Position numbers and translations under genes: made by a program. Positions 38,744 to 47,431 of a stretch of DNA of 64,000 nucleotides are shown here, in pieces. Within the stretch, counting starts at the first letter, position 1. The number at the start of each line of letters is the position of its first letter. The stretch comes from Clostridia bacterium (GTDB taxonomy: Bacteria > Bacillota > Clostridia > Monoglobales > Monoglobaceae): assembly GCA_045586925.1 (NCBI GenBank), contig JAZNBG010000035.1:6417-70416 (forward strand), written 5' to 3'. The notes under the pieces were generated by a model. The model had not been told where the DNA came from and searched no databases. It saw only the letters and a list, made by a program, of their open reading frames with translations.

Positions 38744-38809
38744 AGATTAACTTAGGGTTATAAAATAATTATTATAACAAAATTATTTTTCGAAAGGAGC
38801 AAATTTATT

Positions 38810-39121
38810 ATGGCAAACGCATGGTCAGTAACCACAGAAAGACTTACATCTTCTGCAAACATTTTGGAGGAAAAAGTCGCAACGTACAATTCAGAATGGG
38901 GCAAACTTTACACAGAGGTTCAGAATTTAAAATCCTCACAGTGGCAGGGTATCGCAAGTGATGCATTCAACGCAAAACTTGAGTCCTACAAAAATGATTT
39001 TGAAGAATTAGCAAAAGTATTGAACAGCTATAAAGATTTCTTGAAATCAGCAGCAGAAAGATATGAGAAAACAGAAGAAGCAGTAAAAGATGCAGCTGGA
39101 AATCTTAATGCCGGAATATAA
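38810..39121 (+). CDS. WXG100-family protein (paralogue 2)
   Basis: 103 aa with central W-Q-G (SSQWQGIASDAF) and a C-terminal YEKTE (YxxxE) motif. Confidence 0.8.
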   Translation: MANAWSVTTERLTSSANILEEKVATYNSEWGKLYTEVQNLKSSQWQGIASDAFNAKLESYKNDFEELAKVLNSYKDFLKSAAERYEKTEEAVKDAAGNLNAGI

Positions 39122-39145
39122 ATAAAATTTTAGGAGGATTTTAAA

Positions 39146-39445
39146 ATGGCTACAATTAAAGTTGATTCAACAGTAATGAGAGACAAAGCAGGCACATTTA
39201 AGAATGTTGCTAACACAATAAAAAATTTAACAGATGAAATGACTCAGGAGATAGAAAGTTTACGTTCAGCATGGGAAGGCGAATCCGCTGAAGCAACTGT
39301 ATCAAAATTTAAAAGTTTAGCTTCAACATTTGAAGAAAAGTTCAATACAATTAACCAGTATGCATCTTTCCTTGAGGAAGCAGCTAATGCTTATGACGAT
39401 GCAGAAAAGGCTGTCGCTCAGGGAGCAGAAGGCACACAGGCTTAA
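39146..39445 (+). CDS. esxA: WXG100-family protein, EsxA-like (paralogue 3)
   Basis: 99 aa with central W-E-G (SAWEGESAEA) and a C-terminal YDDAE (YxxxE) motif. Strong AGGAGG RBS. Confidence 0.8.
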   Translation: MATIKVDSTVMRDKAGTFKNVANTIKNLTDEMTQEIESLRSAWEGESAEATVSKFKSLASTFEEKFNTINQYASFLEEAANAYDDAEKAVAQGAEGTQA

Positions 39446-39461
39446 TTTGAAGTTTGATAAA

Positions 39462-39506
39462 CACAGAGGCATATAAAATGCATATCTGAAATTATATGTC
39501 TCTGTG
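39462..39506 (+). promoter_or_regulatory. Intercistronic 15-bp stem-loop after the esxA-like gene
   Basis: CACAGAGGCATATAA / TTATATGTCTCTGTG (one G-U pair) with a 15-nt loop and no T-run. It is flanked by GAAGTTTGA direct repeats. Confidence 0.5.
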
Positions 39507-39531
39507 AAGTTTGAATTAAGGAGGTGTAAAG

Positions 39532-40791
39532 GTGCCTTACATAAAAGTTGACACAAGGAGATTATCCAACTTTGGAAATGTTGCATCTTCTACAAGAGGT
39601 AGAGTTGGTAATATAAAATCTTCATTTTCCTCTATTGGGAGTTCTCTTGATTGGGATGTAAAGGCTTGTTCTGGTATCAATAGGACAATAAGCCAAATTA
39701 ACAACGAACTTTCAGCAGAGATGTCGAGTTTAAGGAGAATTGAAACTTTTTTTGATTTGGCAGTTAGGAAATATAATGACGCCGAAAAATCCAAAGAAAA
39801 ACTATCAAAAATTCCTCAAACGAGAAGGGTAGCTACTCTTGGTCCAGGAGGTAGAATGAATAATACAACTAAAAATGTTGCATTATTATCTGTTTATAAA
39901 AATAACAAAGCCAGTATAACATCCCAGGTAAAAGTGAAAGAAAATTCCGAATGGACAAAACTTCTCAAGAAAATAGCAAAAAAAGCAGGTTTCGCTGGCT
40001 CCATTTACGGAATTTTAAGTGGAGAATCTGAAACCATTCAACATATAAAAGATGGAGAATATGCAAAAGCGATGCAGAGCTTTGCTGGAGTGGCGAAAGG
40101 TGTAATTAAAACTGTTCCAAAGATATTTGATAAATATGGAAAGATGAAAAAAGCATCCCATTTATTGACCCCTATGCAGAAATTAAAAAATTGGGGGAAA
40201 TCAATAGTTGGATTAGATGATATGATAAAAGCACCTTCAAAAGCTTCAAAAGTAACATCAAGAATCTATAATAATATGCAAAAGTTAGATATAAAAAAAC
40301 TTGGCAAGGTTACGAAGTGTGATGTTATTATAAGTAGCATTGTAAGTATTATTGGTAATGCCTCTGAATATATGGAAGGCAAGATAAGCGCTGCGAGAGC
40401 GGCAGCTGAAACCATTGGAGAAACTGTAATAGAAATTGGAAAAACCGCACTACTGTATAAAGTAGTTGGTGTTGCTGCAACTGCTGTAGCAAGTGCTGCA
40501 GGCATAGCTGCTGTTCCTGCAATTGCAGTAGCCGGTGCTGTAGTTGTGATTAGTTGGGGCATTGATAAGTTGACAGAAAAACTAACAGGAAAAAATTTCA
40601 CTGAATGGTTATCTGATGGAATAATTGATGTTGCTTCATACGTCGGCAAGTCAGTGAAACAGGTTGCAAATACTGTAGTTCCAGCAATTCGTAATACCTG
40701 TACCAATGTTATAAACAAGGCTGGTGAATTCTTCGGAAACGTAAAAAATGGCGTGAATAATTTCTTTGGAAAATTAAGATTTGCATTTTAA
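39532..40791 (+). CDS. Putative T7SS substrate: N-terminal WXG100/LXG-like helical domain fused to a C-terminal Gly/Ala-rich membrane-active region
   Basis: The N-terminal ~85 aa form a helical hairpin with the turn LDWDVKA and YNDAE (YxxxE). The C-terminus has AAETIGETV..LLYKVVGVAATAVASAAGIAAVPAIAVAGAVVVISWGI, a glycine-zipper-like hydrophobic hairpin. GTG start after AAGGAGG. Confidence 0.5.
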   Translation: MPYIKVDTRRLSNFGNVASSTRGRVGNIKSSFSSIGSSLDWDVKACSGINRTISQINNELSAEMSSLRRIETFFDLAVRKYNDAEKSKEKLSKIPQTRRVATLGPGGRMNNTTKNVALLSVYKNNKASITSQVKVKENSEWTKLLKKIAKKAGFAGSIYGILSGESETIQHIKDGEYAKAMQSFAGVAKGVIKTVPKIFDKYGKMKKASHLLTPMQKLKNWGKSIVGLDDMIKAPSKASKVTSRIYNNMQKLDIKKLGKVTKCDVIISSIVSIIGNASEYMEGKISAARAAAETIGETVIEIGKTALLYKVVGVAATAVASAAGIAAVPAIAVAGAVVVISWGIDKLTEKLTGKNFTEWLSDGIIDVASYVGKSVKQVANTVVPAIRNTCTNVINKAGEFFGNVKNGVNNFFGKLRFAF

Positions 40792-40809
40792 AAAAAGGAG
40801 TGAATTTAA

Positions 40810-41079
40810 ATGATTAAAGATTTATTGCCGGTTGGTAGTGTAGTTTTACTTAAAGGTGGCATAAAAAAGTTAGTTATTATGGGGATTAAGCAGGCTAACG
40901 CTGAAGAACCTGATGTTGAATATGACTATGCAGGAGTAATGTATCCAGAAGGATATTTGGGAAATGATACCCTTTACCTTTTTAACCACGCTGATATAAA
41001 TGATATTATTTTTACTGGATATACCAATCCTGAACGTGATGAGTTTTTATTAGAAGTAGAAAAATTATACAATGATTAA
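40810..41079 (+). CDS. DUF4176-like small protein (family commonly encoded in Firmicute T7SS loci)
   Basis: The opening LLPVGSVVLLKGGIKKLVIMG and the size (89 aa) fit DUF4176 as I recall it. Confidence 0.55.
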   Translation: MIKDLLPVGSVVLLKGGIKKLVIMGIKQANAEEPDVEYDYAGVMYPEGYLGNDTLYLFNHADINDIIFTGYTNPERDEFLLEVEKLYND

Positions 41080-41863
41080 TGCAGTTGCTTTTTCAAATGT
41101 TGGGAATATCAGGAGTAACCACGAAGACAATTATTTACTTGGCGTTGGCAACCACATTGACGAAGTGATACAGAGGCAAATGAGAAATAATCTCTACATG
41201 CAGAAATCCACCTATACGGGTGATGCAGGTGTATTTGCAGTTTGTGATGGTATGGGTGGACATGCTTCTGGAGAGGTTGCAAGTTATGCAGCTATTTGCT
41301 GGTTAAACAATAAAGCTAATTTATTGCTGAATTCTCAACCTACAGAAATAATCAGTTGCATAACAGAATTGAATTCACATATATGTAATGAAGCTGATAA
41401 ATCCTCATGTTGTAACAACATGGGAAGTACTTTAAGTGCAATGATAATCAATGGCAGAAGTATTCATACCATTAATGCCGGAGATAGCCGTATATATTCC
41501 TTTAAAAATGATAAATTATCACAGATAACTACAGACCACACTGAGGGACAGCGATTATTGGACCTTGGATTACTTACAATGAATGAGTTGCCAGAATTTT
41601 CGTCACGAAAATCGTTATATAAGTACTTGGGACGAAAGGGAGAATTGATAGCTGATGTAGTAGATATTAGTGGTAGTGATGGGTTGTATATGATCTGCAG
41701 TGACGGCCTTACGGATGCACTTAATGATTGCGAAATTGAGGGAATATTTTTAAAACGTGATTCAATTTCGGATATCGGACAAGAGCTAATGGATTCTGCT
41801 TTAGCGAAAGGAAATTTATGTGCTGATAATGTGACGTTATTATTAGTTGAAATATCTTACTGA
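41072..41863 (+). CDS. PP2C-family Ser/Thr protein phosphatase
   Basis: AVCDGMGGHASGEVAS, GDSRIY and ICSDGLTD metal-binding motifs. Overlaps the upstream gene by 8 nt. Confidence 0.85.
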   Translation: MINAVAFSNVGNIRSNHEDNYLLGVGNHIDEVIQRQMRNNLYMQKSTYTGDAGVFAVCDGMGGHASGEVASYAAICWLNNKANLLLNSQPTEIISCITELNSHICNEADKSSCCNNMGSTLSAMIINGRSIHTINAGDSRIYSFKNDKLSQITTDHTEGQRLLDLGLLTMNELPEFSSRKSLYKYLGRKGELIADVVDISGSDGLYMICSDGLTDALNDCEIEGIFLKRDSISDIGQELMDSALAKGNLCADNVTLLLVEISY

Positions 41864-43653
41864 TGAAAGAAGGGATAAATTTGATAGGAAAAACCATTTT
41901 AGGTTATACCATTGAGGAAGAAATTGGTTCGGGTGGTTTTGGAACAGTTTATAAGGCTTATAAAAGGGACGAATCCGGAACATTTATTAGAGCAATTAAA
42001 CATATATCCCTTCCTACAAAAAAACAATACAACGATGTACTAAATTCAATGGGTGGAGATTATGCTAAGGCAGATAACTATTTCAATGATATATTGAACG
42101 ATCTCGTCAGCGAAATAAAGATATTATATAATCTTACAGAGCAAGGAGTTCTAAACGTTGTAAGATATACTGATCACCACATTGAGAAACAACAGAACCC
42201 TATCAAATATGATATATACCTTTCTATGGAATATCTAACACCATTTGACGAATATATCCAAACAAGCAAACTTGCGGTTAGGGATGTTATAAAATTAGGA
42301 AAGGATATTTCAGCTGCACTTATCGCTTGCCATAAGAATACCATTATGCATCGAGATATTAAAGATGAAAACATCTTTGTATCTAACGATGGCACATATA
42401 AATTAGGAGATTTTGGGGTTTCAAAAAAAATGCAAGACAGCTCAAGGGCTGAAAGTATGAAAGGTACACCTAATTATATCGCACCTGAAGTGTATTTAGG
42501 AAAAGGCAAATATGATTGCACTGTCGATATATACTCATTGGGGATTGTATTATACAAGCTTCTCAACTATAATCGTAATCCGTTTTTGCCTGAATATCCG
42601 TTGGAATACAATAGTGTAGATGAAGATAAAGCTTTTGAAATGCGTATGAAAGGAGATACGCCTCCTGCTCCGCTTAATGCAAACAATAAACTTGGCGAAG
42701 TAATTTTGAAAGCTATAAGCATTAGAGAAAATCGCTATAACGATGCAGCCGAGCTATATGAATGCTTAAATGAAATCGAAAAAAGCTTAACAAACGAGGA
42801 ACTTAATAAGGTTGTTATATCTCCAATAAAGAATATTGTTGATAAAAAGCCTGAACCTACACCACAGATTCAGAGTGACAAAAATTTAAAAGAAACTATT
42901 GGTGAAGATTATAATGTAACCAATCAGGAAGAAAAAGAGACAGGAAATGGCGCTCTTTTTGAAACTCATGGAGATGATTATACTCCTCCGGTAATAAAAA
43001 GAGAAGAGTCCCAAACAGAATCTATAGTAACAAAGGACGAAGAAGCAGAAGATTGCATAGAAGATGTTGAACAGGAAAAGCCATTAGTGAAAACAAAAAC
43101 AAGAAAGAAAACTTTGCTATATGTCGGCATGGTTTTGGCTGTATTTGTAGCATTGCTTGGATTTAAAATAGCAAACAATATAATGTCAAAAGATAATTGG
43201 ACCGGATTTAGTCATGTATATAATGTTACTGCTGAAGGAAAATATGCAGACGGAAAAAGCGAAGATGAAACAGGAGAAAAATTTGAAATAGATTCAGAGA
43301 CAATTAAAATGGCTTTGGAAGATAATATTCCTAAAAAATTGCCATTAGATCAAGAATATAACTTTGAATTTACAATATATTCACCTGATATGCCAGAGAG
43401 CATAATGGTTTTAGCCGGTAAAGGTGGCGGATATGTTAATTTCGAATATATATCTTGTGCAGAGGAAACAAGCAAGGCATATATAAAATTTCCGTGGGAG
43501 TTTCAAAGTAACCTTAATGGAGAAACTCTGTATTCCCCAGGAGAGAAAATTAGATTTAGAATTGTGGTAGAATACAGAACGAAAAACGATGATGGTTCTA
43601 CTCGTTATGAGAAAATCTATCTTGATAAAACAGCTTTAACATTAACAAAATAA
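41863..43653 (+). CDS. Hanks-type Ser/Thr protein kinase 1 (single TM, extracytoplasmic C-terminal domain)
   Basis: GSGGFGTVYKA, AIKHI, HRDIKDENIF, GDFGVS and YIAPEV. TM segment LLYVGMVLAVFVALLGF. TGATG overlap with the phosphatase gene. Confidence 0.9.
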   Translation: MKEGINLIGKTILGYTIEEEIGSGGFGTVYKAYKRDESGTFIRAIKHISLPTKKQYNDVLNSMGGDYAKADNYFNDILNDLVSEIKILYNLTEQGVLNVVRYTDHHIEKQQNPIKYDIYLSMEYLTPFDEYIQTSKLAVRDVIKLGKDISAALIACHKNTIMHRDIKDENIFVSNDGTYKLGDFGVSKKMQDSSRAESMKGTPNYIAPEVYLGKGKYDCTVDIYSLGIVLYKLLNYNRNPFLPEYPLEYNSVDEDKAFEMRMKGDTPPAPLNANNKLGEVILKAISIRENRYNDAAELYECLNEIEKSLTNEELNKVVISPIKNIVDKKPEPTPQIQSDKNLKETIGEDYNVTNQEEKETGNGALFETHGDDYTPPVIKREESQTESIVTKDEEAEDCIEDVEQEKPLVKTKTRKKTLLYVGMVLAVFVALLGFKIANNIMSKDNWTGFSHVYNVTAEGKYADGKSEDETGEKFEIDSETIKMALEDNIPKKLPLDQEYNFEFTIYSPDMPESIMVLAGKGGGYVNFEYISCAEETSKAYIKFPWEFQSNLNGETLYSPGEKIRFRIVVEYRTKNDDGSTRYEKIYLDKTALTLTK

Positions 43654-43698
43654 AAGCAATATGTTGATAATTTTGAAATTAAGAAAGAAGGGATAAAG

Positions 43699-45585
43699 TT
43701 GATAGGACAAACAATTTTGGGATATACAATCGAAGAAGAAATAGGTTCAGGTGGCTTTGGCACAGTATATAAAGCGAGAAAAAGTAACCAATCAGGAACT
43801 TATGTGCGTGCAATTAAACATATATCCCTTCCTACAAAAAAACAATACAATGATGTTTTGAACTCAATGGGTGGAGATTATTCGAAGGCGGACGATTATT
43901 TTTCGGATATCCTAAAAGATATTGTTGGAGAAATTCAAATATTAAATAACCTTACTGAACAAGGTGTTCGTAACGTTGTTTGGTATTATGAAAATCAAAT
44001 AGATGAGTGCCAATCTCCACTAAGGTATGACATATATATTTTAATGGAATATCTAACCCCGTTTGATGAATACATACAAGTAAATGAATTTACGGTGAGA
44101 GATGTAATAAAACTAGGTAAAGATATTGCAACAGCACTTGTTGCTTGTCATAAAAATAATGTTATACATCGTGATATTAAAGATGAAAATATATTTGTTG
44201 CAAACGACGGAACATATAAATTAGGTGATTTTGGAGTATCAAAGAAACTTCAAGACCGTTCCCGGGCTGAAAGTATGAAAGGTACACCAAATTACATTGC
44301 ACCAGAGGTATATTTGGGTAGAGGAACCTACGATAATACTGTAGATATATATTCACTTGGGATAGTGTTATATAAATTACTTAATTATAATCGTAATCCA
44401 TTTATGCCTAAATATCCTGAACCATTCAACAGCAATGATGAAGATGTTGCCTTTGAAAACAGAATGAAGGAATTAACACCAGAACTTCCTCAAAATGCTG
44501 AAAACAGTCTTGGTAACATCATTTTGAAGGCTATTGGAAAGCGTGATGAACGTTATGATTCAGCAACAGATTTTTTAGATATTCTTATGGAAACTGAAAA
44601 AAGCTTAACAAACGAGGAATTGAACAAGGTTATAATCACACCTGTAGCAAACGATAAACAGCAAACAGCAGGAACAGTGAATAAAGAAAGTAATATTCCT
44701 CTGAAAGAAACAATTGGTGAGAATTATGAGGTTACGTCAAATGTTGTTAAGGGACAAGGAAATGGGAATCTTTTTGAAACTCAAGGCGAAAAATATGTTC
44801 CACCAGTATTGCCGGATGAGCCAAAAAGGATAATTCATGAAGCAAAAGCGGAGCCTCCTAAAATAGAAACACCCAAAGAAGAAAAATATGAATATGATTA
44901 TGCTCCAAAAGGTCCTCGTACTGCACCACCAGAAGAACCGCATGTTGAACCTATTCAAAAAGGAAGTTTTGATTGGTTATTATATGCTACACCTTTTGTG
45001 ATTTTATTGGTATATATCGTATTGTTTTTCGTGTTACTACCAAAAGCTTATGATAACACAGTATCATTTATAGATTGGGCAATTAAAAATCCGCAGGATT
45101 TGCTTGAAGCGATGAAATCGTCTGATAATGTATTGCCGCCAATATATAAGGTTATTTTCCTTAAATTATTAAATATAGCGTTGTTTTCAGGGTTGGTTAT
45201 ATCGTTATATTTCATCGGAAGAAAACTTCATTTTTCTAAACCAAATTATGCATCCAATGCAACATTGATAGACAAAGAAGCTTACTATTTGTCCTTGGAA
45301 ATATACGAAGAATTAAAGGCTGAATCTATACCCAATACGTCAGATATTATATCTTCTGTAAAAGTAGTACATGACAGATTGAAAAATGATAGCTCTTTTG
45401 GTATAGGAAATCAAAGTGTGATTCGTTGCGAACAGGAAATTGAGTCACTATTAAGAGTTGTTCAGTCAAATATTGCAGGTTTGAAAAATGATAGTACATT
45501 TTCTGGCTCAAAACAGACTATACTAACTTCCTGCAACAGAATAATGGCAAAAATCAAAATGAGAACAGAGTTAAAAAAGAGATAA
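43699..45585 (+). CDS. Hanks-type Ser/Thr protein kinase 2 (paralogue; different multi-TM C-terminal half)
   Basis: The kinase domain is nearly colinear with kinase 1 (same G-loop, HRDIKDENIF, DFG, APE). The C-terminus has two or more TM segments and a distinct tail. TTG start within a duplicated GAAAGAAGGGATAAA leader. Confidence 0.9.
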   Translation: MIGQTILGYTIEEEIGSGGFGTVYKARKSNQSGTYVRAIKHISLPTKKQYNDVLNSMGGDYSKADDYFSDILKDIVGEIQILNNLTEQGVRNVVWYYENQIDECQSPLRYDIYILMEYLTPFDEYIQVNEFTVRDVIKLGKDIATALVACHKNNVIHRDIKDENIFVANDGTYKLGDFGVSKKLQDRSRAESMKGTPNYIAPEVYLGRGTYDNTVDIYSLGIVLYKLLNYNRNPFMPKYPEPFNSNDEDVAFENRMKELTPELPQNAENSLGNIILKAIGKRDERYDSATDFLDILMETEKSLTNEELNKVIITPVANDKQQTAGTVNKESNIPLKETIGENYEVTSNVVKGQGNGNLFETQGEKYVPPVLPDEPKRIIHEAKAEPPKIETPKEEKYEYDYAPKGPRTAPPEEPHVEPIQKGSFDWLLYATPFVILLVYIVLFFVLLPKAYDNTVSFIDWAIKNPQDLLEAMKSSDNVLPPIYKVIFLKLLNIALFSGLVISLYFIGRKLHFSKPNYASNATLIDKEAYYLSLEIYEELKAESIPNTSDIISSVKVVHDRLKNDSSFGIGNQSVIRCEQEIESLLRVVQSNIAGLKNDSTFSGSKQTILTSCNRIMAKIKMRTELKKR

Positions 45586-45602
45586 AAAGGAGCGAATAAA
45601 TA

Positions 45603-46196
45603 ATGGCACATCAAGTAGTTGAACTGGAATGTCCAGGCTGTGGAAAACCCATAACAACAAGTACAAAACAATGCCCACAATGTTTTAGGGAGATTGTAAT
45701 CACCACCTTTAATAGTGTAGCATCTATGTCACCGTTGGATATAAACAAATATGCAAGTGCATATAGAAAAGCTTTAGCTGGAAATCCGGATAATAAAGAT
45801 TTGAACACATCAATAGCATTTTGTTACTTGAAATTAAAACTGTATGATAAAGCGTTACCTTGCTTTGAAAAAGCTATTGAAGACAATTTTGATAATTCAG
45901 AAACATATTTTTATGCGGCTATATGCCTGCTGAAAGGTAAAAAAGCATTTCTTACTCTTAGAACTGATATTGATAAGATTGAAGAGTACATACAAGCTGC
46001 AATCATGATAGAGCCTAAAGCTATCTATTATTACTTTTGGGCATATATAAGATACGATCATCATTTTAGAAAGGCGTATAATATGAGTCCAAATTATAGG
46101 GAGTTATTATCACAAGCTACACAAATAGGATTATCACAAACTGATGTACAGGAATTGTATAGTACTTTAGGAATTGACCGTCCTGCACAGTTATAA
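45603..46196 (+). CDS. Zinc-ribbon plus TPR-like repeat protein
   Basis: CPGCGKPITTSTKQCPQCF is followed by TPR-like helices (AFCYLKLKLYDKALPCFEKAIE). Confidence 0.5.
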   Translation: MAHQVVELECPGCGKPITTSTKQCPQCFREIVITTFNSVASMSPLDINKYASAYRKALAGNPDNKDLNTSIAFCYLKLKLYDKALPCFEKAIEDNFDNSETYFYAAICLLKGKKAFLTLRTDIDKIEEYIQAAIMIEPKAIYYYFWAYIRYDHHFRKAYNMSPNYRELLSQATQIGLSQTDVQELYSTLGIDRPAQL

Positions 46197-46228
46197 AAAG
46201 TACAATTTAAGAAGGGAGTTGTTTATTT

Positions 46229-47422
46229 TTGATCTGTAAAAAATGTGGAATACGATTAGAAGAAGATGCATTGTTTTGTGGCAATTGCGGAAGCAAAGTA
46301 GAACCTGATTCTGCTAAAACCGCGGTTGAGGATTCAAGTCATGAGTTTGTTTACCCAGAGATACCTATGCCTTCAAAAACAACAACGGTAAAGAGGAAAA
46401 ATAACATGTTGATTCCAATAATATCAATTTCTGTTGTTGCTATTGTTCTAATTGTAGCTTTGATATTATTTTTACTACCAAAATTTTTGAATACTAGTGA
46501 AGATGTGGGCACAGATGTTACAACACAGGATGTTATAACAAAAACAGAAGATTTATCTGATTCCTCTTCAAGTACTGAAAGAACAGAAATAGAAGATAGT
46601 GAAATCAGAAATATTATAAATCAATATTCAAACTACACCGATTTTGGTATATATGTTCATAATTTAAACAATGATTATGAATATGGTTTTAATGATGATT
46701 CTGTGTTTTTAGCTTCTGCTATGTGTCAGGTTGTAATATTAGATACCTTATCAAGAACTGTAGAAGATAACAATATAGATATTAATCAGGAGGAACTATA
46801 TTTTAGCTATATACCTAATGGTAAAGAAGCTCCTACGAGCAAAAATGAATCTGACACATATATAAATTTAAAAAAATGCATAGAAGATGTTGCAGTCTAT
46901 GGAGATAATAACAAATCTAATCATATCGTCGATTATATTGGACAAGTCAATAATGTTAACAATGGATTTGACGTAATAAACAATATGCTTAGACGTAACG
47001 GATATACAGATACACATATTAACAGGAAAACTTTTATTAATCCGGATTATATTGATAATAGCGTACCTGCTAATACGACTACTCCAAGCGAAATAGCAGA
47101 TATATTTGAAAATCTAATCAACAACGGCGGATTTGGAAATAAAAATTATATGATGAACATATTCAAATCTGTTGCACTTGATGGACAACCTATAGGCTTG
47201 AAAAAATGTGTGCCTGCGTATTACGATATTTGCAATGTAAATGCTTTGAACTCGCAATCCACTAACAATGTTGCTATTATTAGCGATGGTAATACGGAAT
47301 TAGCTATTGCAATACTATCAACAACCGATGAATCAAAAACTGATGTAGAAAATAACGAAGATCGTGAAATTGTTATAGCAGAATTAATGAAATACATATT
47401 AGATACACAGTTTGAAAATTAG
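46229..47422 (+). CDS. Zinc-ribbon / TM / degenerate class-A beta-lactamase-like ectodomain protein
   Basis: CKKCGIRL..CGNCG, then TM segment LIPIISISVVAIVLIVALILFLL. The ectodomain is colinear with the next protein, but SxxK is SAMC and no KTG is present. Confidence 0.5.
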   Translation: MICKKCGIRLEEDALFCGNCGSKVEPDSAKTAVEDSSHEFVYPEIPMPSKTTTVKRKNNMLIPIISISVVAIVLIVALILFLLPKFLNTSEDVGTDVTTQDVITKTEDLSDSSSSTERTEIEDSEIRNIINQYSNYTDFGIYVHNLNNDYEYGFNDDSVFLASAMCQVVILDTLSRTVEDNNIDINQEELYFSYIPNGKEAPTSKNESDTYINLKKCIEDVAVYGDNNKSNHIVDYIGQVNNVNNGFDVINNMLRRNGYTDTHINRKTFINPDYIDNSVPANTTTPSEIADIFENLINNGGFGNKNYMMNIFKSVALDGQPIGLKKCVPAYYDICNVNALNSQSTNNVAIISDGNTELAIAILSTTDESKTDVENNEDREIVIAELMKYILDTQFEN

Positions 47423-47431
47423 AGGTGTGGA

